In this document: piece after piece, positions 50,348 to 63,099 of the stretch | How the letters are laid out: the number at the start of each line of letters is the position of its first letter | Position numbering within the stretch: position 1 is the stretch's first letter | Origin: Rhynchobatus australiae | Taxonomy: Eukaryota | Length of the DNA: 64,000 nucleotides | Assembly: GCA_034780895.1 (NCBI GenBank) | Contig: JAUZTB010000076.1 | Span: 19,897,717 to 19,961,716, forward strand | Direction: 5' to 3' | Program-made: the position numbers and the translations under genes | Notes under the pieces: model-generated | Database searches by the model: none | Seen by the model: the letters and a program-made list of their open reading frames with translations, nothing else | What the model was told of the DNA's origin: nothing

Positions 50348-50553
50348 CCCAATAAAACATCGAATAGGAACAAAGAGACACAAGGTTTGTCTGGAGTTGC
50401 CACAGGAGATGAACGAAAATGCTACAGTCCTCAAAGAGGGTGATGACATTAATCCTCTTCCACAAAGTGACTGTGAAGAGTCTAAAGGAAAGCTGCAAAA
50501 GGAAGAGGGGTGCTGTAAATTCAAAGCTGGTGATGCCAGTTCTAATGTTCCAG
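50348..50553 (+). CDS. KDM4A: KDM4A exon 10
   Basis: cag|C CCA...CCA G|gtaaga, 206 bp; PIKHRIGTKRHKVCLELPQE resembles the KDM4A-specific KHRIGTKRHRVCLEIPQE; phases consistent. Confidence 0.9.
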
Positions 50554-51604
50554 GTAAGATGTTCATAGTGTCCTTTCCTGTTGCTGTGTTGTTTTTTTAA
50601 GAAAAAATCAATTTTCATGTTTTCTCTCCTGAATTGCGGGGCAGGGATAGGATAATTGGNNNNNNNNNNTTCCCCCATGGTACAGGTATCAAAAACGAAG
50701 GCATAAGTTTAAGGTGAGAGAAAGGAATGTTAAAGGGAATTGAGAGAAAAGGTTTTTTTTAATGCAATGGTTGATCTCTGAAACTCTGCCAAAAGAGGTG
50801 TTGGAGTCAGATACAATAACTGTTTAAGGGACACTTCAGTAGAAGGGCAAAAAGGTCAGCATGAGCAGTGTGGGCTGAATGGCCTATTTCTGTCTTGTAC
50901 AACCATCTCTATAACTGACGCTCCAGTGCTGGGCGGAAGTGAGTTGGGAGTTAAAATGGGAAGAAATGAGTGAGTGCAAGACCCCAACTCTGTAGAAATG
51001 TATTGTTTGCTTTTTTTTAAGTGATTCTTAATCCTTTTAAATGGGAGCTTAATTTTAACTTTGTACGGGCTTTCGAACAGTGGCGGTTTTGACTCCCAAG
51101 TGGCTTTTTTAATGCTCTTTGTAGTTCAGATTCCCCATTTCCTTGGGAACAAATTTGACCTTTCCTCCTTATTGTTTGTTTATTTATTTCACCCTCCCCA
51201 AGTCTCAATGGTTTTCCTGCTCCCCATTTCTGCTCTGCTAAATTTTCTTACAAGCCCTTCGTTAGCAAGGTTAAAGTGTTCTTCCCACTAATGTTCCTTG
51301 ACAATTGGCCAAGAAGGTGTGGATTTGGCCTTGTACTGAGTAAAAAGTGGAAGAAAAGTCCATCCTCATCCTCCCTGTAAATATCGTGATTTGTGATTCA
51401 CTCCTTGTCCTGGCATGATCATACTTACTGATATAGTTATTTCTATTGATTTTTAACACATTTTGCCATTTTCAATTCCATTATCTTTAAAATCCATGGT
51501 TTGCTTTTTTTTGGTATCACATTTGTAGAACCTGTGCACTCCGTTATTTGTACATTTTCTGCACCTTTATCACGTTTTGACTAGTAATTTTATTCTCTTG
51601 ACAG

Positions 51605-51906
51605 AATCTGCCACAATCAGGGTTGAAAATGCTCCACAAGAAGAGAAGCTGAGACTGAAGCCAACTATGTCCACCTCAGCAGACACTGCTGTCACTGTAT
51701 TAAACTTCTCAGTGGCGACTCATTCCCAAAATACTTCCACTTCATCCGTGAAATCCTCGGACTCCAGCTCCTCCGATTCTGAGACTACAAGCACTCTGAG
51801 TTCAAGTCAAGAGAGTGCTGCTGAAGACTCTGATAATAGTCCAGATTGGGGTGAACCGGTTAAAACAAATGTTGGAACTAGCCTCAATGAACAGGACCTT
51901 GCGGAG
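51605..51906 (+). CDS. KDM4A: KDM4A exon 11, Ser-rich linker
   Basis: cag|AA...GAG|gtattc, 302 bp open frame with SSDSET and SLNEQDLAE; phase 1 in, phase 0 out. Confidence 0.85.
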
Positions 51907-53869
51907 GTATTCACTGATATAGTAATTTCATACCTCTTGAATGCACTTCACCTTTGCTCTAAATCTTGAGCAATTAACCTAGAATTGTGCACATCAAGCT
52001 GGCAGACTATTTTGTGAGCAAAGGTTTTTGGGGAAGCAAATTATTCAAGAATACATTTAGTAAATCAGAGAAGATGGGTTGAACTAATTGGTGTAAACAG
52101 TTATTCTGCGGATCTATTTAAAAAGTTAATCAATTTTAAATAGGTGTTCGTGTCTTTGTGAATGTTATTCTAGGTGACAGTGGATTCTTCAAATGTTTTG
52201 AGGTTATTACAACATAAATCCATTCAACCTTTTATTCCTCTTTCAAAGGGTTACCTCCTAATCCTTTCAGATATCATGAATATATTTATGACAAAAGTTA
52301 GAATTTAGACTGAAAATAGGGAGACTAGCAAAATGGGTGGTCTGTAGTTTTTCAGATTGGCAAAAAGTAGACAGTCATTTCCTACAGGGGTCAATTTGGG
52401 GACACTTGTGATATTTGCATAAACTAATTGCACAACTGAGTCCAGATAATAGAAGTGAGGTGGGATGTCTGCTGCAAGTGGCTTCAAAGCAGTACAGCAG
52501 CAGAATGGGAGGTAAAAATATCAACTAAAATAGTAAATTAGATCAGTGCCATTATTTAAAAAGCAATTCATTTATCTCTGAAGGGTTGTTTTAAAAATTA
52601 GTTTAGTTGATCTAGGATGTACAATGGCTGTGCAGTTCTCAATATTGTGTGCATGCTTCTGGTCTTGTATGAAAATTCATTTTCCGAGGCAGTGTGTGGA
52701 AAGCTTTAACTAGGAAGATACTAGAACTGGGAAGCAACCTTCTTTTGGGATGGATTATAACTGCATGAACTCCTTTTGGAAGAAAAATTGATATGGAAGC
52801 ATGATAAAGGGCTTCAAAATTTAGAGTATGAGAATAATTTGGAAAAGATGATTACATTATAGACATCAGAGATGCAAAAATACTCACTAATCCAATATGG
52901 AATTCAGGAGAAACCTTTTTCATGTTGATTTATTGGAGTGGAGCTATTAAGTAGTACTTGCTTGTTGCCTCAACATTTTAAGGGGCGCTAGGTAAGCACA
53001 TGAGGGAGAGATTGGATGACAAGATGAGGGACGAGGCTTCTGTGAAGTGCAAAATATCAGCTTGGATATGCTGCGCTGAATGCTTTTTGTGCTTTGTCCC
53101 TTTCTCTCTACCTTCTTAAATTTTGTGTAATAATTAGCACGATGTATTCCATGGTATTCTTTCTGAAAGATGCCAGTGCATCTCTATGTGAGCTGTCATA
53201 ATTCATTTACATTTGCAGAGTAAAATTTGAATACCAAGATTATTTGCAGATTGTGCCCCCATTCCCTTCTCCTTCCTCCCATTTTTATCCCCCTCATGGT
53301 TCCATCCACCCACCACCCGTACATCTTACCCACCAGATCCCCTCCCCTATCTGATTCTGGTTCCATCTGCCCTTCACCCCCCCCACTGATGGTTTCCATT
53401 ATCACCTTCCTTATTTATCAGATTTGGCACTTGGTAGCCTTTGTGTTCCTGCTTATCTGCCTCCTTGCTGTCTCCACCTTCACCCTCCCCCCTACCTGGC
53501 TCCTTCTGCCTTTTTTGTCTGCCTCTATTTATTATCAACCTGCCATTGTCTTTCAATTACACCCCTCCTCCTCCCCTACTGGGCTCAATCTGCCCCTCAC
53601 CTGTCCTTAGTCCATCTTTCACCTCTGGACCCTGACTCACCACTCCTCCTCCTCCCCATTTTTAGTCCAGCTCAACCTACTGTGTTCCTCCAGCAGAATA
53701 TTTGTTGCTTAGATTTAATTTGTTTCCCTGTTATCTTGCTCTGTCACATTAGTATAACCTTTGATTTTGCTTTTTAAAGGTATATCTATTGATAGGTCTC
53801 ATTGGCCTACTATTGATGCCACTGGTGGAATGTGTTTACTACTAGATTGTAAAGAGGAAGACACCTTCT

Positions 53870-54640
53870 CCAGAAGGACAGGAGCCATGGGATCCAGGGA
53901 AGCTTGGCTATGTGGATTAGGAATTGGCTTGACGGTAGAAAGCATAGGGTTGTGGTGGAGGGAGTGCCCTCGGATTGGAGGGCTGTGACTAGTGGGGTTC
54001 CGCAGGGAACAGTTCTGGGATCTCTACTTTTTGTTATATTTATAGATGACTTAGAGGAGGGGGTGGAAGACTGGGTTAGTAAGTTTGCGGATGACACTAA
54101 GATCGGCAGTGTTGTGGATAGTGTGGAGGGCTGTCGGAGCTTAGAGGGATATTGATAGGATGCAGAGTTGGGCGGAGAAGTGGCAGATGGAGTTTAATCT
54201 GGAGAAGTGCAAGGTGGTACACTTCGGAAGGACAGACTCCAGGGCAGAGTATGAGATAAATGGCAGGATACTTGGCAGTGTAGAGGAGCAGAGGGATCTG
54301 GGGGTACATGTTCACAGTTCAATGAAAGTTGCCATGCAGGTGGATAGGGCAGTTAAGAAGGCCTATGGGATGCCAGCTTTCATAAATCGTGGGATTGAGT
54401 TTAAGAGCTGCGAAGTGATGATGCTGCTGTACAAAACTCTGGTTAGACCACNNNNNNNNNNNNNNNNNNNNNNNNNNNNNNNNNNNNNNNNNNNNNNNNN
54501 NNNNNNNNNNNNNNNNNNNNNNNNNNNNNNNNNNNNNNNNNNNNNNNNNNNGGAGAGGGTTAGATGGTGTGAGGTGTGGTTTGATGGATGGCACAACACG
54601 GTGGGCCGAAGGGCCTGTATTGTTCTGCATTGTTCTATAA
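53870..54640 (+). mobile_element. CR1 RT C-terminal fragment with 3' tail, relatively young
   Basis: WIRNWL...[22 protein letters not shown]...[10 protein letters not shown]...WAEKWQMEFN.EKC...LYKTLVRP. Confidence 0.92.
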
Positions 54641-55121
54641 TCTGAAGTAACACTTTTTCAGTTGCTTGTCCAGATAAGATTAAGAAGGCTGCCAGACTTG
54701 TTGATTTGTGATGTGGCACATACTTATTCTTCACTCTCCTTATTCATTTGAGAGGCATAAATCTTGACTTGCCAATTATAGAAGTAAACATCTCGTGTTT
54801 CTCTGGGCAACCACATGTTGCAGGAAACCATGATTGCTGATGATAATGACTCTAAATTATTTACTTCTCTGCCCTAATATTTCCTATTTATTGTTTGGAG
54901 CAGTATTTGAGAAGTTGCACTGGGTTGTTGTGATTCATTATTAACTGTTACTGTATTAATATATTAGATTTAATTATTGAATTTGCCAACTGAAGAGTTA
55001 CAAAAAGGACATGTTGACAAAGATCAGGTTCTTTTAATACCTAAATGTTCTGGTTTTCCACCGGCTATTGCCCCATCTGAATTGAGGGGATGTTACAGTT
55101 CTATATTTCTTTATTTTATAG

Positions 55122-55245
55122 ATGGCAGAGCAATATATGAAAGAAATGAAATCCAAGAAGAAGGCAAAAAGTCGGCGTCAGCCTCTCAGTAAACCACCAC
55201 GGCACCATCCCCTATCTGTGGTAAAGGACTGTGTCAGTGACGAAG
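55122..55245 (+). CDS. KDM4A: KDM4A exon 12
   Basis: tag|ATG...GAA G|gtttgt, 124 bp; MAEQYMKEMKSKKKAKSRRQPLSKPPRHHPLSVVKDCVSDE. Confidence 0.9.
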
Positions 55246-55479
55246 GTTTGTAACCAGAGAAAGGTTTAACAGTCTCAATCAAATAGATTTACTGTGAAAG
55301 TCTGTGTCTTCAGGATATGAATTCTTATTAGACTAGTTCATACTCCGGGGTACAGTAACAGAAATTTCCTATTATATTTATTACCTCAAAACTTTTATCC
55401 TCCTTGTCATTGTTTGATCTTTTAATGTTGCCTTATGTTTGTAGCAAATCTAAACTGGAAATTTAGATTTCATGCAAAC

Positions 55480-56915
55480 ATAAATTTAGCATTACAGATT
55501 GATAACCTTTCATCAGAACTAGAAGTTGCAAAATAAGGAGACACAAGTGACTGCAGCTGCTGGAATCTGGAGCAACTAACAATATGTTGGCGTAACTCAG
55601 CGGGACGAGCAGCATCTGTGGGGGCAGGGATGGCAGAAGAAGGAATCGTCAATGCTTTGGGTCAAAGCCTTGCATCAGGACTGAGGGGAGATGGCCACTA
55701 TAAAGCAGAGAATGGAAGTGGCGAGACAAGATCACACTGGGCTCTTGTTAACAGTTCCTTTTCCTCTCCAGCTGCTTGATCTGCTGAGTTCCTCCAGCAG
55801 ATTGTTGCTGGAAAATAAGCATGTTTTAAATTGCTTCATGGAGGAAGGATGTAGTGAACAAAGAGAATATCTGTGATAGGTGGAGACTGAGAGTGTGATG
55901 TAAATAGTGGTGCAGGCTAAGAGACGGTGATCAAAGGTTGTTACTTGCAGATCTATTTGGATGAGGTACAAGTAGGGGACACAAGGAAAAGTGATGTTGG
56001 AACTGTAAATTATAAGGGACTGCAGTTGCCAGAAACCTGAAATCGAAACAGAATGGTGGGAATACCAGCAGGTTAGGCCAGCATCTGTGGAGAGAAATGG
56101 ATTTAATGTTGTAGGTTGACCTTTTGTCTGATTAGCCAGCTCTGATACAACAAACTGGAAAAATTGGTTACCTGAAATTACTGTATTTCCATGAGTTCTG
56201 AGTATCAGGAGATCAAATGACATTCATCAAGCTTCGTTGTAATGGTGTGAAATGCTAATGACGTATGTGAGTGGGATACAGAATTGAAGTGAGGGGCAAC
56301 TGGACGTTCTAGTTCATCCATGCAGACTGAAAGGAAGAGCATCCTTTTCCTATTTAAGGAACGATGTCTCACGTTGCAACAATGTAACATGGAATTTAGC
56401 ACTTTCAAATAACCTGCTTTGCTAGTTTGTAATAGAATTGGTCAGTTCTGTTGAAAGATCAACCTTAACATTAACTCAAATTTTCTCTCTTCAGAGATGC
56501 TGTGTGATCTGAGTATTTCTATAGTTTTTATTTCTGGCAACTGCAGTCTTTTGCACCTTGTAGTTCTGTTTTTTTTTCCCACCCCTTCCTTCTCATTCAT
56601 TTCATTCATCTACATCTCTCTGTTGCACTCAGATCATCTAAGGTTAACAGGCTGCTTTCACCCATCGTCATCATTTGCATCTGCCTTTCTTGCTCTCGTC
56701 CTCTTCAGAGATTTGCTTTGTTTTCTTCATCACCATACCCCCTTCCCACAACTTTAAAGCATGTTTGTTCTCTAACTTTGTGTAATTCAGATGAAAGGCA
56801 ACCAATCTGAAATGTGAACTTTGTTTCTCTCTATCTATATATGCTGCTTGACTTGCTGAACCTTTCCAGCTTTTATCATTTTCAGATTTCCAATATCTGC
56901 AGTTTTTATTTTGCT
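55480..56915. mobile_element. Cluster of Penelope-associated short repeats plus PLE GIY-YIG remnant (~56165-56400, minus)
   Basis: At least five CTGCAG(A)TGCTGGAA/GCATCTGTGG units in both orientations; 56165-56350 aligns by eye to 28930-29130. Confidence 0.7.
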
Positions 56916-57737
56916 TTGAGGATTAAATCAATGTTGTTAGTCAAATATGCATTTTATTGTAAATCTCAGAAGCTGGAAACTTTGGCTTGTTCTGCCAGTT
57001 TTAAATTTGTTATACATTTTAGAGTTTTGCACATGAAATGCTTCTCCATCTTATTTATTGTATGTCTTGGTTAAAGACTTAAGTACATATCAGTTCATTG
57101 CCATCTGAAACTGATAGGGCCATCTGAAACTGATAGCAATGTATGTAGTCTGAGTTATAAATAGTTGTAAAGAAAAAGAGTTGGAAGGATCTCAGAACAG
57201 GATAAAACATTGGCACAACATTGTGGGCCAAAGGGCCTGTACTGTGCTGTTATGTTCTGTGTTTCAAGCAGCAAATATAAAATAACAATTATATTTATTC
57301 ACAGTAATAACATTTATAATATGATCTAGTTTAATTTCACTACACATTAGGATNNNNNNNNNNNNNNNNNNNNNNNNNNNNNNNNNNNNNNNNNNNNNNN
57401 NNNNNNNNNNNNNNNNNNNNNNNNNNNNNNNNNNNNNNNNNNNNNNNNNNNNNNNNNNNNNNNNNNNNNNNNNNNNNNNNNNNNNNNNNNNNNNNNNNNN
57501 NNNNNNNNNNNNNNNNNNNNNNNNNNNNNNNNNNNNNNNNNNNNNNNNNNNNNNNNNNNNNNNNNNNNNNNNNNNNNNNNNNNNNNNNNNNNNNNNNNNN
57601 NNNNNNNNNNNNNNNNNNNNNNNNNNNNNNNNNNNNNNNNNNNNNNNNNNNNNNNNNNNNNNNNNNNNNNNNNNNNNNNNNNNNNNNNNNNNNNNNNNNN
57701 NNNNNNNNNNNNNNNNNNNNNNNNNNNNNNNNNNNNN

Positions 57738-57759
57738 TGCACTCTTCCAGTTAAACCAG
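57738..57759 (+). CDS. KDM4A: Probable 3' end of KDM4A exon 13 (rest in gap 57354-57737)
   Basis: t GCA CTC TTC CAG TTA AAC CAG|gttagg = (C)ALFQLNQ, aligning to KDM4A ...CMIFQTYHQ|; phase 0 as the next exon requires. Confidence 0.6.
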
Positions 57760-58529
57760 GTTAGGATATTTTTTCGTTTCCTCTCTAGTGTTTGATGTTA
57801 GATTATAGATTCCATTATCATAAAGTGTAACACTGGAAGGTAGAAGATTATAAATAGTATAATTGGAAAAATGAGTTCCTCAGATTCAAGTTTGCAGAAT
57901 GACAATGGGTTATACAAAGAGTAGCTGTTCTAAATTTGTGAAGATGTTCTTGTGTGTTTTCAAGTTTTCATTTGTATTTTGTAAATAGAGACCACTGTTG
58001 CAACACTATTTAACTTCTTTTGGGTGCCATTTGCATTGATTGAAGTTCTGTTTACAATAACATTGTGGAATACTCTGGCTGAAAATATCTGGAGCAATAA
58101 TCCATATGTTATTAATTTCTTGGTTTTTAAGATGTGGGGAGTTGCTGTATTAGCTCTTTTTCCACTGACAATTTGGTGTAAACAAAAAATGGCATCTGAC
58201 AGCCAATTACTTTTTCCATAAATAATAATCTCAGTCTTTGATGTAAATCAGATTGGCCATCCTTCATTTTCATGAAGTTTTTGATCTTTTGTATGTCTAT
58301 TAAATATTCTTAGCATTGACTATTACCATAAAGTATTGAATAATAGTTTCGTACCCATCTAGACTTGAATGATAGTAGAATTGAGCTGTCACTGAGTGCT
58401 GTTGTGTCAGAGGTAGCATCTTTTCGGATGATAGATTAGACTGCAGCTTTATTTATCCACAGTAGTTGATGTGAAAGATCCAAAAAACATTGAGGAAAAT
58501 AAAAGTTCCTGGTGTAGAAGATTTTTATA

Positions 58530-59325
58530 TAACAATGTGAATAAAGGTATGGTGGCAAAATTTGCTGATGACACAGATGGTTGGGAACCTAAGGAGATGT
58601 GGCAGATGGAATATAATGGGGAAGATGTGCAGTTATTGATTTTGGCAGGAAAAAAATGTAAAAACATACAATCTAAATAGTGAGTGATTGCAGACCTTTT
58701 GAGTTTTGAAGGGAAAGGACTGTACTAGTGCGTGATTTGCAGAAGGTTATGCAAATACAGCAAATTAGGAAAGCTAACAATGTTATTGTTTTTATAAGAA
58801 GAATTGAATACAATACTAAGAACATTATCCTTCAGTTATAGAGGGCATTGGTGAGAGTGCATCTGGAATACTGTGTTCCTACTGGTGTCCTTATTTGAGA
58901 AAGGATATTAATATGTTGGAGATAGAAAGCCTTCACTGAACAAGATTAATGGATGGATATCTTGAAGCAAGGTTGGACAGGCTTGGCATTTTGAATAGTA
59001 AGATCTTGGATATGGAGAGGATGTTTCCTCGTGTAGGAGAATCTAGAACCAAGGGTCAATTTTTTTAAGTCACCCATTTAAGACAGGTGTAAATTATTTG
59101 AGGATTATGACTCAAACTTTTTCTCAAAAGATGGTGGAAGCAACATCTTGAGTATTTTTAAGGCAGAAGTAGACACATTCTCAGTAAGCAAATGGATGAA
59201 AAATTATCATGGGTAGATGGGAATGTGGAGTTGTGGTTACAAGCAGATCAGCCATGATCTTAGTCTTATTAAATGCTAGAGCAGATTCAAGAAGCTATGG
59301 CCTCCTGCTCTATTCATATGGCCAC
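58530..59325 (+). mobile_element. CR1 3' fragment, degenerate
   Basis: VAKFADDT, WQMEYN, LYRALVR.HLEYCV motifs and CR1 tail. Confidence 0.75.
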
Positions 59326-60162
59326 ATGAAGTGTAGGGATTTCTTCTGTCAGATAGTCCTCACTAAAACACCACCAACAGAGATCTGTTTTTAACTGAAA
59401 CAGGTCCTTCTGCAGCTGACTAAATCTTTGAGTGCACAAGTTGATGCTGCAAGTTGATTTTTGGTAGATCTTCTAAAGCAGTTGTTCTCTACTTCATGAA
59501 CATTCTCATCTTCTGTTTAAAAAGTTTTTTTTGTGTTTTCTTGCGTTTTTCCTTGTTGTCAGTCCTATTCCAGAGAGCATTGCAATGAGACCTGGTAATA
59601 TGGAGAGTTATCAACATAATACTTTGAAAGGTCACTTGCATTGGAATGTTTCCATTTTAAGGAAACTTGTATGGAGGCTAATGAGTGAACCCCTGAATTG
59701 TGTTTTGTGAGCTCTTTAGACAATTTTGATTAGCTTTCCTTTCGTGAATTGATATAATATTTCTGGATTGTGACTTGGCACAATGATGTAGGCATCATTT
59801 ATGGTTTCAGAAAAAATATCATGTTTTCACACAAATCTCTGCTGCTTTAGCAGATATTACCATCTGATAACTTAGGCTGTTTTAACTGATGAATGCAATT
59901 AGATGAATATGTATTACCTTAAACTGCTGCATCACAAATTCTTAAGTTTGATCTTTTAACCTAAGCTGCAGTGCTTTTGTTTTGATTCCAAGAAATTCAG
60001 TGGTTTAATTTAACATTGCTAGATGTCTGCTTGTAAAACAGTGTTAGTTTGCCATTTTCTTATTCACCATGGGCAGCAAAAATATCCTTTGGACTCTGCT
60101 TAAATGTTCTGATGTGATTAACTCACTTTCTTCCCTTATCTCTTTCTATTTTATTTTAATAG

Positions 60163-60379
60163 GTAGACTGTCAGGGGGGTCATACTTTCAGAAACAAAAA
60201 CCAACAATTGGATGCAGGCAAACTCAGAAACAAAATGAAAAGTAAGCCTTTGGTTCCAGAGATGTGCTTCACATCTGGAAGTGACCATGTTGATCTCAGC
60301 CTTCCCACCTCTTATATCGAGGAAGATGGAACAAGCACCCTGGTTACGTGTGCAAAGTGCTGTGTTTGTGTTCATGATA
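60163..60379 (+). CDS. KDM4A: KDM4A exon 14, first PHD region (3' boundary anomalous)
   Basis: tag|GTA; ...KSKPLVPEMCFTS...YIEEDGTSTLVTCAKCCVCVHD; the expected phase-1 end is followed by AAGT rather than GT. Confidence 0.88.
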
Positions 60380-61899
60380 AAGTACCGCTAATAACTTTTT
60401 GACAGTGCATCAATTAAATATNNNNNNNNNNNNNNNNNNNNNNNNNNNNNNNNNNNNNNNNNNNNNNNNNNNNNNNNNNNNNNNNNNNNNNNNNNNNNNN
60501 NNNNNNNNNNNNNNNNNNNNNAAACAGAAGGAAGCTTTGCACAGGAGATGGGCAGTTATCTCTAAAGTATATGTTAATAAAATACATCTCAGTGACTATC
60601 AAATTTGTGTTTTTAGACTCATTGCTTTGCTGTGTATAGTTTATCTGCTAAGCATTGCCACAGGAAAATTTTTCCAAGTACTTCATCAGCTATAAAGTTT
60701 TTGAAGCACTACAAGTATGTGCAAGCTGCTATAGGTTGCTTTTGTATAGATCAGTTGATGACTGATTACTTGTTTGTAGATTAAATTTGAAATTTCTGCA
60801 TATTGAAGATTTTTATCATTACTCTTAATGAAAGCCTATAATTCTTTATAAAATTGAAACTTCCAGAACTGGTCCCAAAGGTTTTGGTTCCCACTGTGAA
60901 ACTGCAGTGACTTGCAATGGAAGCATCCTGGAGATGGGGAGTTTTTATTTTTGTTTCATGTTTACTGTTCAGATGTTGTGCCAACACAATCTAGCTGTAA
61001 GGAATTGGAAGATATTGAATCCTTTCCTACAGGTGACTTTGCATAATAATGAAAAAAATTCTTTAAGTTTTATGTATTGTATATTGGTGAAATGGGAGTG
61101 TGGGGACCATGAGCTTGAAGTGTTCATGCCATAAAGTTTTGATCAAGAGATTTTTTTATTTAGCCTTTGAAAAGGGAAACTGTGTGTGTGTCCTCCTTCA
61201 ACAAAACCTGTGGCAAAAAGTTTACTTGCCTAAAGCTGAAGGAGAATAACTTAAATCAATGAAATTATTTACAGGTTAGTTAAAATGCAGTGCACTTGAA
61301 ATGAAAGAAAAGCATATCCATGTAAAATATGTACAGGAAGTGCTTGTGTACTTGGGTCAAGCAACATCAGTGGTGAGAAAAGTATAGTTAACCATTTCAG
61401 GTTGAAGATCTTTTGTCAGAGCTGATGTAGAGTTCTGGTGACAGGTTATTAACTGTATTTCTTTGTCCACAGATGCTACTTGATCTAACATTTTCTGCTT
61501 TTATTTTTGAGCACTGTGATAAATTTCATGAACTCAGGATGTCCAAAATATTTTAAAGCCAATTAAATACTTGCATTTATTAATGTTGAAATGTAAGAAG
61601 CACATAAGTAATGGTGCAAAGGAAGGTCCCATGTTCAGTCTGGAAATAATTGTCCAGGTTCTCTTTTGATCTATTGGTTAGGGGGTAAGTTTTACTCCGA
61701 TTTCTTAGTGATCTGGTTATGTCTTGAAATGTGCAATGGGATATTTTGTATCCACCTAAAAGAGCACACAAGACCTAGAATTTGCATTACCTCTGAAAGT
61801 TGGCATTTCCATGTGGCTTAAGGTGTTTACTTTAGGCCTTGAGAGTGCCACCTACTGAGCTAGGGTTCATTCCCTGAAATTTCTCGATAAGAATGTGGT

Positions 61900-62720
61900 C
61901 ATGAAACCACACTAATGGAAAAATTGAACTGCACTAAATGTTACACTGAAGTACAAAACTTGAAGTATGATGAACACTGAAAGACGTACTGACAGATTTC
62001 AAAAGGACATGGGCTGGTGAAGTTTACTACAGGAAAGTGAAAACTGGTACGTTTTTGGCCGGAAGCAAGGAGAGGCAATATAATTCACAATTCTGAAGAG
62101 ACTGAGAAATATATGGCCACAAGAAGGAAGGATAGGTTTAGAAACTGGCTTCCTAGAAAGGCATAGACTAGAAAAGTAATGAAGTTACTTTGAAGCTTGA
62201 AAAGAAAGCATCTCTAAATTAGTCACAACTGGAATATTATCTCAATAATGATCAATCTACTTTTGGAAGAATGTGATAGTCTTGAAATGCCACAAATTCT
62301 GTCCCTACTGGAATGGTTCAGGAATGAAGGATGTGTTGGAGGTGAAAGTCTGCACAAACTGAGACTGTTCATCTTGGACAGAGAAGGTTAAAAGGAGACA
62401 GGGTAGAAATGCTCAAATAATGATAGTTCTGAACAGTAGATGCAGAGAAAATTCTGGAGTGGAGGGGTTGAAAAACAGCAGATACAATTTAAGTGACTGG
62501 CAAAAGAATCAAAGGACTTTAGTTTTTAATGGCTGATATCTACCATCCATTGCCCCATCGTGTGGTGACTGAAAAGGAAACTGGATTGACCCTTGAGTGA
62601 AAAGTAATATGCAAGGTTATGGAAAAAGTGCAGGGTAATACAGCTAGCTGCATTGCCCTTTCAGAAATTCAGCATGTACTCAAAAGATCAAATGGCTGCC
62701 ACCTCTACTGCTGTATTTGA
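61900..62720 (+). mobile_element. CR1 3' fragment, highly degenerate
   Basis: Residual DDT/QLEY motifs and CR1-like tail. Confidence 0.5.
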
Positions 62721-62919
62721 TTCAGATTTATTTTGTAGTAATTGGGTGCAAGCATATCTTTCCCCTTTCTGCTCTCATTATGTGAACACATTATGGACTT
62801 GAATAATTTTAATGGGTTTTGTATTTGATTAAATGTTTAACCTTTTTAAGTTTTGCTACATGAGTTGAAAAGCTGTTTCTGTCATAAACTTTTGAAACAA
62901 ATTATTTTTTGCTTTTAAG

Positions 62920-62996
62920 GTTGTTATGGAGTTGCTCCTGAAAAAGTAACTGATGATTGGATCTGTACAAGATGTTCTGCTAATGCTTTATCAGAA
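62920..62996 (+). CDS. KDM4A: KDM4A exon 15, PHD
   Basis: aag|GT TGT TAT...GAA|gtaagt, 77 bp; CYGVAPEKVTDDWICTRCSANALSE. Confidence 0.92.
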
Positions 62997-63099
62997 GTAA
63001 GTATCATTGTATGTATGGTTGATCAATGTGATCCCTTTTAAAAGGAAACCTGAAGATTCACCCTCATTGTATAATAGTTGTATTTTTTCAAAATGTACT

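Noticed and set aside
53196-53777. Hydrophobic/Pro-rich ORFs resembling membrane proteins
   Set aside because: Pyrimidine-rich low-complexity sequence, probably Penelope-associated
57100-57136. 18-bp tandem duplication GCCATCTGAAACTGATAG x2
   Set aside because: Simple local slippage or assembly duplication with no further context
60376-62921. U12 (AT-AC) intron as an explanation for the missing donor
   Set aside because: No RTATCCTT donor at the boundary, and the acceptor is AG
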